Below the pieces are notes generated by a model. It made no database searches. It saw only the letters and a program-made list of their open reading frames with translations, and was not told where the DNA came from. A stretch of DNA of 32,000 nucleotides from Sphingobium bisphenolivorans. Its GTDB lineage: Bacteria > Pseudomonadota > Alphaproteobacteria > Sphingomonadales > Sphingomonadaceae. Below, piece after piece: positions 15,628-26,254 of the stretch; within the stretch, counting starts at the first letter, position 1, and the number at the start of each line of letters is the position of its first letter. The stretch is taken from contig NZ_ASTG01000006.1 of the NCBI RefSeq assembly GCF_000412635.1, positions 3,254 through 35,253 on the forward strand, in the 5' to 3' direction. A program made the position numbers and the translations under genes.

Positions 15628-16266
15628 ATGCTCACCAAGCTCTATCAATGGACGCTGGCGAAAGCCGCCCACGCCCATGCCGAACGCTGGCTCTTCGCCA
15701 TCAGCTTTATGGAGTCGAGCTTCTTCCCGATCCCACCGCACCCGCTGCTCGGCCTGATGTGCCTCGCCCGGCCGGAGCGCGCGATCCGTTTCGGCTTCAT
15801 CTGCACCCTGGCGTCGGTTCTGGGCGGTCTGTTCGGCTATGCGATCGGCCATTACCTCTATGAAGCGCTAGGCCAGCAGATCCTTCAGGCGTTGGGCCTC
15901 GCCGCGAAATTCCCGGTCGCCGCCTGCTACCTGCGCGATTACGGAGCAGAGATCATCCTGATCAAGGGCGCCACGCCCATTCCGTTCAAGCTCATCACGA
16001 TAACGGCAGGCTTCATCGGCCTTTCGCTCTTCACCTTCCTTTGGGCGAGCATCCTTTCGCGCGCCTTCCAGTTCATGCTTGTCGGCTTCCTGTTCTGGAA
16101 GTTCGGCCGCCCTATCAAGGCATTCATTGAGAAATATCTGGGCCTGCTCTCCGCAGCATTTCTGCTGCTCGTTGTCGGAGGCTTTATCGCCGCCTCGACG
16201 CTCTCCGGCAACCACGGCGACAAGAGCGACAAGTGCAGTCACGCCACCATAGCCACCCTGCGCTAG
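15628..16266 (+). CDS. YqaA/DedA-family membrane protein
   Basis: 212 aa multi-TM: RWLFAISFMESSFFPIPPHPLLGLMCLARPERAIRFGFICTLASVLGGLFGYAIGHYLYE...GAEIILIKGATPIPFKLITITAG. Confidence 0.88.
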   Translation: MLTKLYQWTLAKAAHAHAERWLFAISFMESSFFPIPPHPLLGLMCLARPERAIRFGFICTLASVLGGLFGYAIGHYLYEALGQQILQALGLAAKFPVAACYLRDYGAEIILIKGATPIPFKLITITAGFIGLSLFTFLWASILSRAFQFMLVGFLFWKFGRPIKAFIEKYLGLLSAAFLLLVVGGFIAASTLSGNHGDKSDKCSHATIATLR

Positions 16267-16277
16267 TCCGCGCCCCC

Positions 16278-17840
16278 ATGCATTACATCATCACCCGCCA
16301 TCCCAAGCTCGCTGCCCTGCTCGCCGGATTCATCGCGGCAACAGGCTTCGAGCCGCTCAAGCTCTGGCCTGTCACCCTCGCCTGCTTCGCGCTGCTCATC
16401 GCGCTGATCGAGCGCGCGCCCGACCGTCGCTCCGCCTTCCTGCGCGGCTGGTTGTTCGGCGTCGGCCATTTCACGCTCGGCCTCAACTGGATTGCCCACG
16501 CCTTCACCTTCCAGGACGCGATGCCGCACTGGTTCGGCTACGGCGCGGTCGTCCTGCTGTCTCTTTATCTCGCGGTTTATCCCGGCCTCGCCACGTTGGG
16601 CGCCTGGTGGCTACAAAGCAGCGTTTTCCTGCCGAGGCAGAAGCACGGAAATCTCACCGTGCCCCTCCTCTTCGCGGCCACCTGGCTCGCAACAGAATAT
16701 CTTCGGGCTGTCATCTTCACAGGTTTCGCCTGGAACCCGTTGGGGGCAACGCTGCTGCCGACCGGCATCGCCATCGCCTCAACCCTCATCGGCACCTACG
16801 GCCTGGGCGCCCTCACCATTCTTGCGTCCGGCGCACTTCTCCTCGTCTCGCGCCGCCAGTTCACGCCCGCCGCAGCCATCGCCGTCCCCCTCCTGGCGCT
16901 TGCTGCATGGGGCCTGTTATCGCCAGCACCGCCCGCCGGGACAGGCGCCCCCCGCATCCGCGTCGTTCAGCCCAACATCGGCCAGGACGAGAAATATTCG
17001 CCCGAACTGGAGCAAGCACATTTCCGCACCCTGGCGACGCTCTCCGGCACGCCTCGCCCGGCGCCCCGCCTGATCTTCTGGCCCGAGGCGGCGATCCCCG
17101 CCTATCTCGATATGGAGCCGGAATGGCGCACTCGTCTCGCTAGCCTGCTCGGCCCCGGCGATCTGCTGATGACCGGTGCCACCAAGGTCTATTTCAAGCA
17201 GGTCGAAAAGAACGGCTATGCTGAAAATGTGCTGGCCGGCGCGAACAACAGCCTGTTCGTCGTGACGCCCGACGCTCGGCTCGCCGCGCGCTACGACAAG
17301 TCGCATCTCGTACCCTATGGCGAATATCTGCCGATGCGATCGATCCTCCAGCCGATAGGCCTCTCCCGCCTCGTTCCCGGCGACGCCGATTTCTGGCCGG
17401 GTCCCGGGCCCCAAAGCCTCACCCTGCCCGCAACGCTCGGCCGCCCGGAACTCAAGATGGGCGTGCAGATCTGCTACGAGATCATCTTCTCGGGCCAGGT
17501 CGTCGACTCCGCGCATCGCCCCTCCTTCCTCTTCAACCCCTCGAACGATGCCTGGTTCGGCAGTTGGGGTCCCGTCCAGCACCTGGCCCAAGCCCGCCTT
17601 CGCGCGATCGAGGAAGCGCTGCCGATCATCCGCTCCACGCCGACCGGCGTCTCCGCCGTGATCGACGCCCGCGGCCATGTGCTGAGCGCACTCGGCCTCC
17701 ACCGCGCAGGCTTCCTCGACACCGGCCTTCCCTCGGCGCTGCCGCCGACCCTTTTCTCCCGCCTTGGGAATTGGGCGCCCTTCCTCTTCATGGCGCTTCT
17801 CCTCGCTCTCGCCATTGCCACCCGCAGAACGACCCGCTAA
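16278..17840 (+). CDS. lnt: Apolipoprotein N-acyltransferase
   Basis: From [31 protein letters not shown]. Nitrilase-like domain [12 protein letters not shown]...[32 protein letters not shown]...[16 protein letters not shown]...[49 protein letters not shown]. Confidence 0.96.
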   Translation: MHYIITRHPKLAALLAGFIAATGFEPLKLWPVTLACFALLIALIERAPDRRSAFLRGWLFGVGHFTLGLNWIAHAFTFQDAMPHWFGYGAVVLLSLYLAVYPGLATLGAWWLQSSVFLPRQKHGNLTVPLLFAATWLATEYLRAVIFTGFAWNPLGATLLPTGIAIASTLIGTYGLGALTILASGALLLVSRRQFTPAAAIAVPLLALAAWGLLSPAPPAGTGAPRIRVVQPNIGQDEKYSPELEQAHFRTLATLSGTPRPAPRLIFWPEAAIPAYLDMEPEWRTRLASLLGPGDLLMTGATKVYFKQVEKNGYAENVLAGANNSLFVVTPDARLAARYDKSHLVPYGEYLPMRSILQPIGLSRLVPGDADFWPGPGPQSLTLPATLGRPELKMGVQICYEIIFSGQVVDSAHRPSFLFNPSNDAWFGSWGPVQHLAQARLRAIEEALPIIRSTPTGVSAVIDARGHVLSALGLHRAGFLDTGLPSALPPTLFSRLGNWAPFLFMALLLALAIATRRTTR

Positions 17841-17845
17841 TAGCC

Positions 17846-17865
17846 ACATAAACTTTTCTTTATGT
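17846..17865 (+). promoter_or_regulatory. Hairpin in the short metK leader
   Basis: ACATAAA-CTTTTC-TTTATGT, a perfect 7-bp inverted repeat. It is followed by GCAC-TGC-GTGC and by GGGAGTCCC overlapping the ribosome-binding region. Confidence 0.4.
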
Positions 17866-17898
17866 CGCTTGTCCGCACTGCGTGCTAACGGGAGTCCC

Positions 17899-19104
17899 AT
17901 GCGCAACAATTATCTCTTCACCTCGGAATCAGTGTCCGAAGGCCATCCCGACAAGGTCGCTGACCAGATCTCCGACGCCATCGTCGACCTGTTCCTTTCG
18001 AAGGATCCCGAAGCGCGCATCGCGTGCGAAACGCTGACCACGACTCAACTCGTCGTCCTCGCCGGCGAAATCCGCTGCAAGGGCGTCTATGAAAATGATG
18101 CCTGGGCTCCCGGTGCCCAGGAAGAGATCGAACGCACCGTCCGCGAAACGGTGAAGCGCATCGGCTATGAGCAGGACGGCTTCCATTGGGAAAGCTTCCG
18201 CTTCGAAAACAATCTTCACGGGCAGTCCGCGCACATCGCGCAGGGCGTCGACGCCGCTGGCAACAAGGATGAAGGCGCTGGCGACCAGGGCATCATGTTC
18301 GGCTTCGCCTGCGACGAAACCCCCGACCTCATGCCCGCCACGCTCGACTACAGCCACAAGATCCTGGCGAAGATGGCCGCCGACCGCCACTCCGGCCGCG
18401 CCCCCTTCCTTGAGCCGGACGCCAAGAGCCAGGTCACGCTGCGCTTCGAAAACGGCAAGCCTGCCGCCGCCACCGCCATTGTTGTCTCGACCCAGCACGC
18501 GCCCGGCTATGATCAGGGCGATAAGGAAGCCGAACTCAAAAACTATGTGAAGGGCGTCGTCGCCGAGGTTCTTCCCGGCGAACTGCTCTCGGCCGAGACG
18601 GTGTACCACATCAACCCGACCGGCAGCTTCGAAATCGGCGGCCCCGATGGCGATGCTGGCCTCACCGGCCGCAAGATCATCGTGGACACCTATGGCGGCG
18701 CTTCGCCCCATGGCGGTGGGGCCTTCTCGGGCAAGGACCCGACTAAGGTCGATCGCTCCGCCGCCTATATCACCCGCTACCTGGCGAAAAACATCGTCGC
18801 CGCCGGCCTCGCCCGCCGCTGCACGATTCAGCTCGCCTATGCGATTGGCGTTTCGGAACCTTTGTCGCTTTATGTCGACACCCATGGCACCGGAACAGTC
18901 GCCGATGACCGCATCGAAAATGCGATCAAGGGCATCACCGAGTTGGGAGGCCTTACCCCGCGCGGTATCCGCACGCATCTTGGCCTCAACAAGCCGATCT
19001 ACCAGCCGTCGGCGGCCTATGGCCACTTTGGTCGCAAGGCGGAAGGCGACTTCTTCCCCTGGGAGCGCACTGATCTGGTGGAAAAGCTCAAGGCCGCCCT
19101 TTAA
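17899..19104 (+). CDS. metK: S-adenosylmethionine synthase
   Basis: 401 aa from [30 protein letters not shown].... Hallmarks [61 protein letters not shown]. Confidence 0.98.
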   Translation: MRNNYLFTSESVSEGHPDKVADQISDAIVDLFLSKDPEARIACETLTTTQLVVLAGEIRCKGVYENDAWAPGAQEEIERTVRETVKRIGYEQDGFHWESFRFENNLHGQSAHIAQGVDAAGNKDEGAGDQGIMFGFACDETPDLMPATLDYSHKILAKMAADRHSGRAPFLEPDAKSQVTLRFENGKPAAATAIVVSTQHAPGYDQGDKEAELKNYVKGVVAEVLPGELLSAETVYHINPTGSFEIGGPDGDAGLTGRKIIVDTYGGASPHGGGAFSGKDPTKVDRSAAYITRYLAKNIVAAGLARRCTIQLAYAIGVSEPLSLYVDTHGTGTVADDRIENAIKGITELGGLTPRGIRTHLGLNKPIYQPSAAYGHFGRKAEGDFFPWERTDLVEKLKAAL

Positions 19105-19121
19105 ACTTTTTTCCGTTATCG

Positions 19122-19157
19122 AAGAAGGGCGCGAAACCTGTGTTTCGCGCCCTTCTT
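19122..19157. terminator. Strong stem-loop after metK (probable terminator)
   Basis: 16-bp perfect stem AAGAAGGGCGCGAAAC (19122-19137), loop CTGT, GTTTCGCGCCCTTCTT (19142-19157). Confidence 0.7.
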
Positions 19158-19191
19158 AGTTGCTTGACTTCCCCTTTTTCGTTTCCTATGC

Positions 19192-19206
19192 GTTCTCCAT
19201 CCGTTC
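19192..19206 (+). promoter_or_regulatory. Alphaproteobacterial SOS (LexA) box upstream of lexA
   Basis: GTTCTCCATCCGTTC, an exact GTTC-N7-GTTC match located 16 bp before the lexA ATG. Confidence 0.9.
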
Positions 19207-19222
19207 CAAGGAGGGCACGCAG

Positions 19223-19894
19223 ATGTTGACACCCAAGCAACAGGAATTGCTCAGCTTCATTCAGATCCGGTTGGAGGAAGACGGCGTGTCTCCTTCCTTC
19301 GAGGAGATGAAGGAAGCGCTCGACCTGCGTTCCAAGTCCGGCATTCATCGGCTTATCAACGCACTGGAGGAACGCGGCTTCATCCGGCGGCTCGCCAATC
19401 GCGCTCGTGCGCTGGAGGTGCTCAAGCTTCCCGAAGCCATGCATCGCGCGCCAAAGGCGGTAGCTTCGTCAAAGCCGCAACTGCCCGCCAGCCCTCCTAT
19501 GGCGGCTAATGACGTCGTTGAAATCCCGCTCCATGGACGCATCGCCGCAGGCGTGCCGATCGAAGCGCTGGAGGGGCAGAATATGCTCTCGGTGCCCGCC
19601 GCGCTGCTTGGAGCCGGCGATCATTATGCTCTCGAGGTCGCCGGAGACTCGATGATTGAAGCAGGCATATTGGACGGCGATTTTGCATTGATCCAACGCA
19701 CCGAGGTCGCGCGCGAGGGGGAGATCGTCGTGGCGCTTGTCGAGGAAAGCGAGGCGACGCTCAAATATTTCCGCCGGGAAGGGCCAAAAGTCCGGCTCGA
19801 TCCGGCCAACAGCGCCTATGAGGCGCAGATCTACGATCCGCGTCAGGTTCGCATTCAGGGCCGATTGGCTGGGCTGTTGCGGCGATATAACTGA
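19223..19894 (+). CDS. lexA: LexA SOS repressor
   Basis: 223 aa [57 protein letters not shown]... with [36 protein letters not shown] (Ser) and [10 protein letters not shown] (Lys). Confidence 0.98.
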   Translation: MLTPKQQELLSFIQIRLEEDGVSPSFEEMKEALDLRSKSGIHRLINALEERGFIRRLANRARALEVLKLPEAMHRAPKAVASSKPQLPASPPMAANDVVEIPLHGRIAAGVPIEALEGQNMLSVPAALLGAGDHYALEVAGDSMIEAGILDGDFALIQRTEVAREGEIVVALVEESEATLKYFRREGPKVRLDPANSAYEAQIYDPRQVRIQGRLAGLLRRYN

Positions 19895-22047
19895 CGATCG
19901 GTCGGCCGCGCCCTACTCGGTGGCGCGGCTATCCAGGGATGCTCGTCACCGACTGTCCTGACGGTGCGGACGCCAGGATCGTCGAGATAGATGGCGAGTC
20001 CGCCAGTATGATGGAGCAGCCACTTGTCTGCCTTCAGCCAACGGGGACGACAGCTGCGCGGAAGACGGCGGTCGCTGACCACAATGTCCGCGCCGGCACA
20101 ATCATGCGCCAGCCGTTGGGCGTCGACCATCGTGCTGGAACGGGTAACCAGCAGGCTCCACATCCGGTCCGGTCCTTTGAGGTGAACGGCGCACAGATCG
20201 ACCGAGCATCTCGCCTGCGACAGCGAAGCGATGGCTTCCAGGGCACCATCATATCCAGCGCTTTCGCCCATGCTGTCACGAATATAGTCGCCGGCACCCT
20301 CGCGAAGGATCGCCATGGCGCCGCTTTCCGTGCGTATCGCCACATGCCGGCCGTCGCCCGTGACGAGGATGGCGGGAGGCGCATTCAGCCCGATCATGAC
20401 CATCCCGGTCGCCACTGGCAGCAATCCCGCCCATCTCCATGCAGTCCGCCACAGCAGACACCATAATCCACCCATGACGATCAGACCGAAGCTCGCCGCC
20501 GATTGGATCGGCGCAGCCATTACCGCCCATGGGCTCGCGGAAATCGAATGAGCGATCCACAATAGCAGGTCCAGCGCGCGCGATGTCAGCCACCAGAACG
20601 GCGCGCCCAGTCCCAAGATGTCGAATAGCAATGCCGCCGCCTCCAACGGCATGACGACAAAAGTCGTGAGCGGTATCGCGACGAGGTTCGCCAGCGAGCC
20701 GAGCATCCCTGCCTTGTGGAAATGGAACAAAGCAATGGGAGCGAGGACCAGTTCCACCGCCAGACCGGTAGCAAGCATGACAGCAAGTGATCGGCCGGCC
20801 TTGCGCCATACCGCCTCGTCCCTGCCGCCGGCGAAGGCGCGAAAGCGCGGATGCTCGCTCAGCGATACCAGCGCGATCACGGCGGCAAAGCTCATCTGAA
20901 AACTTGGTCCAACCAAGGCCTCTGGCCATAGCAGCAAGACGACTAACGCTCCTGCCGCCACCAGCCTCAGCGTAAGGGCATCCCGGCCCAATGCCAGTCC
21001 GCCCAGGACCAGCAGTGCCGCGACGCAGGACCGGACCGTAGGCACCTCCGCGCCGGTCAGAAGCGTGTAGCCTATCCCCGCCAGGGCGCCGCCTGCCGCC
21101 GCGATCAGCATCAGTGGCCAATCGAGCGCAGCGCGACGGCTGAGTGCCATGCATCGCGTCAGGATGAACACGACGGCCGCGATCAGCGCCGTGACATGCA
21201 GGCCACTGATCGACAGCAGATGCGCCAGGCCGCTGCGCCGCATCGCGTCCGCATCCTCCAGCTCAATGCCGCCCTGATCCCCGGTCGCCAGAGCAGCCGC
21301 AATCCCCGCGCCCTGCCCTCCGGCCTGCTGAAGGATATGCGCAAAGAGGCGCGAACGCAGCGGAGGTTCCATCGTTGCCGGCTCCAGAACGGCAACGGGC
21401 TTGAGCGCCCGGCCTGTCGCGCCGATGCCTGAGAAATAGGCGCGCATCGCAAAGTCATATCCGCCGGGCAGGTTCGGTGGAGCAGGCGGCATCAGGCGCG
21501 CGCGGAACCTGATTACAGCCCCTTCTCCCACACCTCCAGGCATGTCGCCGTCCGCGATATTCACGCGAACCAGCCGGGGCAGGTCCGGCCTGCTGCGCGG
21601 TCGAACGAGAATGCGACTCATCCGCTGCGCCGGCACGCTATTGACCGCCTGAACCTCGCCCACCATCTCGACAAAGGCCGGTCGAGTGAGGGCAGGCTGT
21701 CCCCAAATGATCGCCTTGGTCCAGATCAAAAGGCAGCCGAAGGCCGCCAGAAACCCGCCGAGAATGAACAACCGCCGCAGCCTGCTGCCTGCCGGCAGCA
21801 GCAACGCCGCGCAGCACAGACCCACCATCGAAATACAAAAGGTAAGCCATTCCAAGCGATTAGGCAGAACCATCCAGGCGACTACGCCAAAACCGAGCGC
21901 TACCGGAACCCAGAGCGCCAGCTGCTCCCGCTCCTGCTCCAGCCATCCCTCCAATCGCGTAAAACAGGCCTGCATTCTCCGCTCCACATTCCCGGAAACG
22001 GAGGTTTGTCGTGGCTCAAAAGCCATGCTAGGGGGCGCAGCGATCAT
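19855..22047 (-). CDS. comEC: ComEC/Rec2-family competence/DNA-uptake membrane protein
   Basis: From [15 protein letters not shown]. Multi-TM with [19 protein letters not shown] and [30 protein letters not shown]...[21 protein letters not shown]. The 1076 aa track ORF extends antisense into gltX; that N-terminal part is spurious. Confidence 0.93.
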   Translation of the reverse strand: MIAAPPSMAFEPRQTSVSGNVERRMQACFTRLEGWLEQEREQLALWVPVALGFGVVAWMVLPNRLEWLTFCISMVGLCCAALLLPAGSRLRRLFILGGFLAAFGCLLIWTKAIIWGQPALTRPAFVEMVGEVQAVNSVPAQRMSRILVRPRSRPDLPRLVRVNIADGDMPGGVGEGAVIRFRARLMPPAPPNLPGGYDFAMRAYFSGIGATGRALKPVAVLEPATMEPPLRSRLFAHILQQAGGQGAGIAAALATGDQGGIELEDADAMRRSGLAHLLSISGLHVTALIAAVVFILTRCMALSRRAALDWPLMLIAAAGGALAGIGYTLLTGAEVPTVRSCVAALLVLGGLALGRDALTLRLVAAGALVVLLLWPEALVGPSFQMSFAAVIALVSLSEHPRFRAFAGGRDEAVWRKAGRSLAVMLATGLAVELVLAPIALFHFHKAGMLGSLANLVAIPLTTFVVMPLEAAALLFDILGLGAPFWWLTSRALDLLLWIAHSISASPWAVMAAPIQSAASFGLIVMGGLWCLLWRTAWRWAGLLPVATGMVMIGLNAPPAILVTGDGRHVAIRTESGAMAILREGAGDYIRDSMGESAGYDGALEAIASLSQARCSVDLCAVHLKGPDRMWSLLVTRSSTMVDAQRLAHDCAGADIVVSDRRLPRSCRPRWLKADKWLLHHTGGLAIYLDDPGVRTVRTVGDEHPWIAAPPSRARPTDRQLYRRNSPANRP

Positions 22048-22062
22048 GGATGGGCAGGACGA

Positions 22063-23517
22063 ATGTCGGGGAATGAAGCGGTGAGTGCGAAGGGTTCGGA
22101 CAGACAGGTAGTAACCCGTTTTGCGCCGTCGCCTACCGGTTTTCTTCATATCGGCGGCGCGCGGACTGCTCTTTTCAACTGGCTGTTCGCGCGGCACCAT
22201 GGCGGCAAGTTCCTGCTGCGCATCGAAGACACGGATCGTGCCCGTTCCACCGAAGAAGCAGTAGCTGCGATTTTCGACGGTCTGGAATGGCTCGGGCTGA
22301 TGGGTGATGAGCCAGCGATATTCCAGTTCGAGCGCACGCCCCGCCATGCCGAGGTTGCCCACCAGCTGTTGGCTGCCGGGCACGCTTATCGCTGCTACGC
22401 CACGCCTGAGGAACTCGCCGAACTGCGTGAACAGCAGCGGGCGGCCAAGCAGCCGATGCGCTATGATGGCCGCTGGCGCGACCGCGACCCCTCGGAAGCT
22501 CCGGCGGGCGCGCCCTTCGTGATCCGCCTGAAGGCGGCGCGCGAAGGTGAGACTGCCATCGAGGACGCGGTACAGGGCCGCGTGGTCGTGCAGAATGCAG
22601 AATTGGACGATATGATCCTGCTGCGTTCCGACGGCACCCCCACCTACATGCTGGCCGTGGTGGTCGATGATCACGACATGGGCATCACCCATGTGATACG
22701 TGGCGACGATCACCTCAACAACGCCTTTCGGCAGCTCGGCATCATCAAGGCGATGGGTTGGGAAGAGCCGGTCTACGCGCACATCCCGCTCATCCACGGT
22801 TCCGATGGCGCAAAGCTTTCCAAGCGCCATGGGGCGTTGGGTGTCGATGCCTATCGCGATGAAATGGGGATGCTGCCTGAAGCAGTGCTGAACTATCTCC
22901 TGCGCCTTGGCTGGGGTTATGGCGACGAGGAAATCATCGCTCGCGACAGGGCTGTCGAACTGTTCGACATCGGCGGCGTCGGCCGTTCCCCCTCGCGGTT
23001 CGACATCAAGAAGCTGGAGAACCTGAACGGCCATTATCTTCGTGAAGCCGACGATGCCCGCCTGGCGGAGCTGGTGGCCCCGCACCTAGCGGATCGCCTG
23101 GGACGGTCACTGCCGGACCACTGCTTGCCGCTCCTCGAACAGGCCATGCCGTCCCTGAAGCCCCGCGCGAAGACGCTTAATGAAATTGCGGAGGGGGCCG
23201 AATTCCTGTTCAAAAATTGCCCGCTCGATTTTGACGAAAAGGCTTCGGCTCTGCTAGACGAATCGGCGCGTGCGCTGCTGGGCAAGACAGCCGATGCTCT
23301 TGAGCCCGTTCAGTCCTGGACGGTCGAAGCAATCGAGGAAGCGATTCGCCGCGTGGCAGAGGATGCTGGATTGGGGCTGGGCAAGGTCGCACAGCCCCTG
23401 CGCGCGGCGCTGACCGGACGCACGGTTTCGCCGGGAATTTTTGACGTCCTTTTCCTGCTGGGGAAGGCGGAGAGCTTGGAACGACTGGACGCTGTAAGGC
23501 ACGCATCGGCCGGTTGA
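22063..23517 (+). CDS. gltX: Glutamyl-tRNA synthetase
   Basis: [62 protein letters not shown]...[18 protein letters not shown]. Confidence 0.97.
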   Translation: MSGNEAVSAKGSDRQVVTRFAPSPTGFLHIGGARTALFNWLFARHHGGKFLLRIEDTDRARSTEEAVAAIFDGLEWLGLMGDEPAIFQFERTPRHAEVAHQLLAAGHAYRCYATPEELAELREQQRAAKQPMRYDGRWRDRDPSEAPAGAPFVIRLKAAREGETAIEDAVQGRVVVQNAELDDMILLRSDGTPTYMLAVVVDDHDMGITHVIRGDDHLNNAFRQLGIIKAMGWEEPVYAHIPLIHGSDGAKLSKRHGALGVDAYRDEMGMLPEAVLNYLLRLGWGYGDEEIIARDRAVELFDIGGVGRSPSRFDIKKLENLNGHYLREADDARLAELVAPHLADRLGRSLPDHCLPLLEQAMPSLKPRAKTLNEIAEGAEFLFKNCPLDFDEKASALLDESARALLGKTADALEPVQSWTVEAIEEAIRRVAEDAGLGLGKVAQPLRAALTGRTVSPGIFDVLFLLGKAESLERLDAVRHASAG

Positions 23518-23535
23518 CGAATCAAGGAGAACGAG

Positions 23536-24822
23536 ATGTCGGATAATAATGCTACGTTGGCCGTGGGCGGCGAAGCGAAGGACTATGCGATCCTCAGCGG
23601 TTCTGTGGGACCGCAGGTCATCGACGTCCGCAAGCTTTACGCGAACACCGGGATGTTCACCTACGATCCGGGCTTCACCTCGACGGCCAGCTGCGACTCC
23701 GGCTTGACCTATATCGATGGCGATGCCGGCGTGCTGCTGCACCGCGGCTATCCGATCGACCAGCTCGCCGAGCAGTCGAGCTTCATGGAAGTGTCCTATC
23801 TCCTCCTGAACGGCGAGTTGCCCTCGAAGAAGGAACTGGAGGACTTCACCCGCACGATCAAGCGCCACACCATGGTGCATGAGCAGCTGACCACATTCTA
23901 CCGCGGCTTCCGTCGCGACGCGCACCCCATGGCGATCATGTGCGGCGTGGTCGGCGCGCTGTCAGCCTTCTACCATGACTCGACCGACATCAACGATCCG
24001 GAACAGCGCAAGATCGCGAGCCACCGTCTGATCGCCAAGATGCCGACGATTGCGGCAATGGCCTATAAATATTCGGTGGGTCAGCCGTTCGTCTATCCCC
24101 GCAACGACCTGTCCTACACCGCGAACTTCCTGAACATGACCTTCTCCGTCCCGGCGGAGGAATATGTCATCGATCCGGTCGTCGTCGATGCGATGGACAA
24201 GATTTTCACGCTGCATGCCGACCATGAGCAGAATGCCTCGACCTCGACCGTGCGCCTTGCAGGGTCTTCGGGCGCCAACCCCTTCGCATGCATCGCGGCG
24301 GGCATTGCCTGCCTCTGGGGTCCGGCGCATGGCGGTGCGAACGAAGCCGCGCTCAACATGCTTCGCGAGATCGGCACGGTCGACCGTATCCCGGAATATA
24401 TCGCCCGCGCCAAGAACAAGGACGATCCGTTCCGCCTGATGGGCTTCGGTCACCGCGTCTACAAGAATTACGATCCGCGCGCGACCGTCATGCAGAAGAC
24501 CGCCAAGGACGTTCTGGCGAAGCTCGGCGTCGACGATCCGATCTTCGACGTCGCCAAGGAACTGGAGCAGATCGCGCTCAACGATCCTTACTTCATCGAG
24601 AAGAAGCTCTACCCGAATGTCGACTTCTATTCCGGCGTGATCCTCTCGGCGATCGGTTTCCCGACCGAGATGTTCACCGTGCTCTTCGCCTTGGCTCGCA
24701 CCGTGGGTTGGGTCGCGCAGTGGAACGAAATGATTTCGGACCCAGCACAGAAGATCGGCCGCCCGCGCCAGCTCTACACCGGCCCGTCGCAGCGCGACTA
24801 TGTTCCGGTGGACAAGCGCTAA
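23536..24822 (+). CDS. gltA: Citrate synthase
   Basis: 428 aa with [40 protein letters not shown]...LNMTF...[48 protein letters not shown]...[15 protein letters not shown]. Confidence 0.98.
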   Translation: MSDNNATLAVGGEAKDYAILSGSVGPQVIDVRKLYANTGMFTYDPGFTSTASCDSGLTYIDGDAGVLLHRGYPIDQLAEQSSFMEVSYLLLNGELPSKKELEDFTRTIKRHTMVHEQLTTFYRGFRRDAHPMAIMCGVVGALSAFYHDSTDINDPEQRKIASHRLIAKMPTIAAMAYKYSVGQPFVYPRNDLSYTANFLNMTFSVPAEEYVIDPVVVDAMDKIFTLHADHEQNASTSTVRLAGSSGANPFACIAAGIACLWGPAHGGANEAALNMLREIGTVDRIPEYIARAKNKDDPFRLMGFGHRVYKNYDPRATVMQKTAKDVLAKLGVDDPIFDVAKELEQIALNDPYFIEKKLYPNVDFYSGVILSAIGFPTEMFTVLFALARTVGWVAQWNEMISDPAQKIGRPRQLYTGPSQRDYVPVDKR

Positions 24823-24843
24823 GGGGCCCAGCCTCACAAAGCG

Positions 24844-24870
24844 AAACGGCGCCTATCGGGCGCCGTTTTT
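24844..24870 (+). terminator. Intrinsic terminator after gltA
   Basis: 10-bp stem AAACGGCGCC (24844-24853) / GGCGCCGTTT (24859-24868), ending in a T-run. Confidence 0.88.
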
Positions 24871-24874
24871 CGTT

Positions 24875-26254
24875 TCAGCCGAGGGCGGGCAGCGAAAGGG
24901 TGAAGCGGGCGCCCCCACCCGGAGCCTCATCGACATGGATATCGCCACCCATCGCGCGAGCCAGGCGGCGGGAGATGAACAGCCCCAGGCCGCTGCCTCC
25001 CGGATCGTTGCGGCCGAGACGCTCGAACTTCGCAAACACACGTTCGCGGCTGTCGGCCGGCACCCCCTCGCCCTGGTCCAGCACCGCGATCCAGACCCGC
25101 TCTCGCTCGCGCCCGGTTTCCACGCGCACCTGAGAACCTTCGGGAGCATAGCGGATCGCGTTGCCGATCAGGTTCATCAGGATTTGCAAGGCTCGCCGGA
25201 ACTCCCCAACCGCTGGCGCGACGATGTCGGCGGCAGGCGTGATGACGGCAATATCCCGCTGCTGTGCCTTCACGACCAGCAAACCGGCAGCGCGCCGCCC
25301 GAGATCGGCAAGGTCGATCTCTTCGGCAATCACCGTGAAGTCGGGCCTGTCGATCGCCTGAAGATCCGCCAGATCGTCGATCAGCGCCATCAGATGCCGT
25401 CCTGCCGTTGCTATGTCGCCGGCATAACCCGCATAGTCGGGCCTCAACTCGCCATGGCCCTGCGCGCCGAGGAGATCGGCATTGGCGATGATCCGGCCCA
25501 GCGGTTGCCGCAGCGACCGGTCAAGCCTTTTGCTGAACTCGGCGGGATAGAGGACCGTCGGCTTGGGCAGCACCAGCGGCGCGGTCACGGCCCGCTCCAA
25601 CGGCAAGGCCGTGCCCCTATAGCCTAGCAGCTGCCCGCTGAGGTCAAACATGGGATAACCCGACAGGCGGTAGCTTTCCCCCTGCTTTCCGACCAGGCCC
25701 GCAAGCTGATCGTGGAAGGCGCGCCGCTGCGCAAAGCCGCGCAGGATGGCCAGATCGCCCTCGGCGTCGGGGTGCAATTCGAAATAGCTGGTAAAACGGC
25801 TGCCCGGCACCGGCGGCGACGCAGGCAGGGCACCTTCGCTGCCTGCCCCTTCCATCACCATCTGGAATCGAAGCTGGGTATCGATCTGCCACAGCCAGCC
25901 ATCCGCCAGCGACGCGATATCCGCTTCCCGCCGGGCAAGATCAAGGGTCGCGGTGACCGCCGTGCGCTCATGCCAGTCGATGACAGAGAGTTGCACAAGC
26001 TCATCATCCGCCCGCGCCCTTACCCACATCTCGATATCGCCGCTATCGCACGCCGCGACCACTGGGCGGGCGACAGGAACATGCAGATGCGCAACCAGTC
26101 TCGCTATGGCGGCCAGCTGCGGGATCGCAAGCCGTTCGCCCAAGTCGCCGCCCGCCTCCCGCTGCAAGGAAAGCAGCGGTTCGTCGGCGCTGAGCAGCCG
26201 CCCATCAAGTGCGACGGTCGCCCGAACGATGGCGGGAGGCGCCAGCATGTGCAT
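24875..26254 (-). CDS. Sensor histidine kinase-like protein with degenerate H-box
   Basis: 459 aa from MHMLAPPAIVRATV. N-box LMNLIGNAIRYAPEG, G1 VLDQGEGVP and G2 GGSGLGLFISRRLARAMGGDIHV are intact. The H-box-equivalent reads EFSKRLDRSLRQPLGRIIANADLL. Confidence 0.85.
   Translation of the reverse strand: MHMLAPPAIVRATVALDGRLLSADEPLLSLQREAGGDLGERLAIPQLAAIARLVAHLHVPVARPVVAACDSGDIEMWVRARADDELVQLSVIDWHERTAVTATLDLARREADIASLADGWLWQIDTQLRFQMVMEGAGSEGALPASPPVPGSRFTSYFELHPDAEGDLAILRGFAQRRAFHDQLAGLVGKQGESYRLSGYPMFDLSGQLLGYRGTALPLERAVTAPLVLPKPTVLYPAEFSKRLDRSLRQPLGRIIANADLLGAQGHGELRPDYAGYAGDIATAGRHLMALIDDLADLQAIDRPDFTVIAEEIDLADLGRRAAGLLVVKAQQRDIAVITPAADIVAPAVGEFRRALQILMNLIGNAIRYAPEGSQVRVETGRERERVWIAVLDQGEGVPADSRERVFAKFERLGRNDPGGSGLGLFISRRLARAMGGDIHVDEAPGGGARFTLSLPALG

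Noticed and set aside
16917-19026. Minus-strand ORFs 16917..17909 and 17929..19026 opposite lnt and metK
   Set aside because: Both are mirror frames of confidently identified housekeeping genes.
19855-23085. 1076-aa minus-strand ORF
   Set aside because: The first ~346 residues are antisense to gltX and look like a high-GC shadow frame. The ComEC start is placed at 22047.
24288-25133. 281-aa plus-strand ORF overlapping gltA and its downstream gene
   Set aside because: Out-of-frame within gltA. It also runs through the gltA terminator and antisense to the kinase-like gene.
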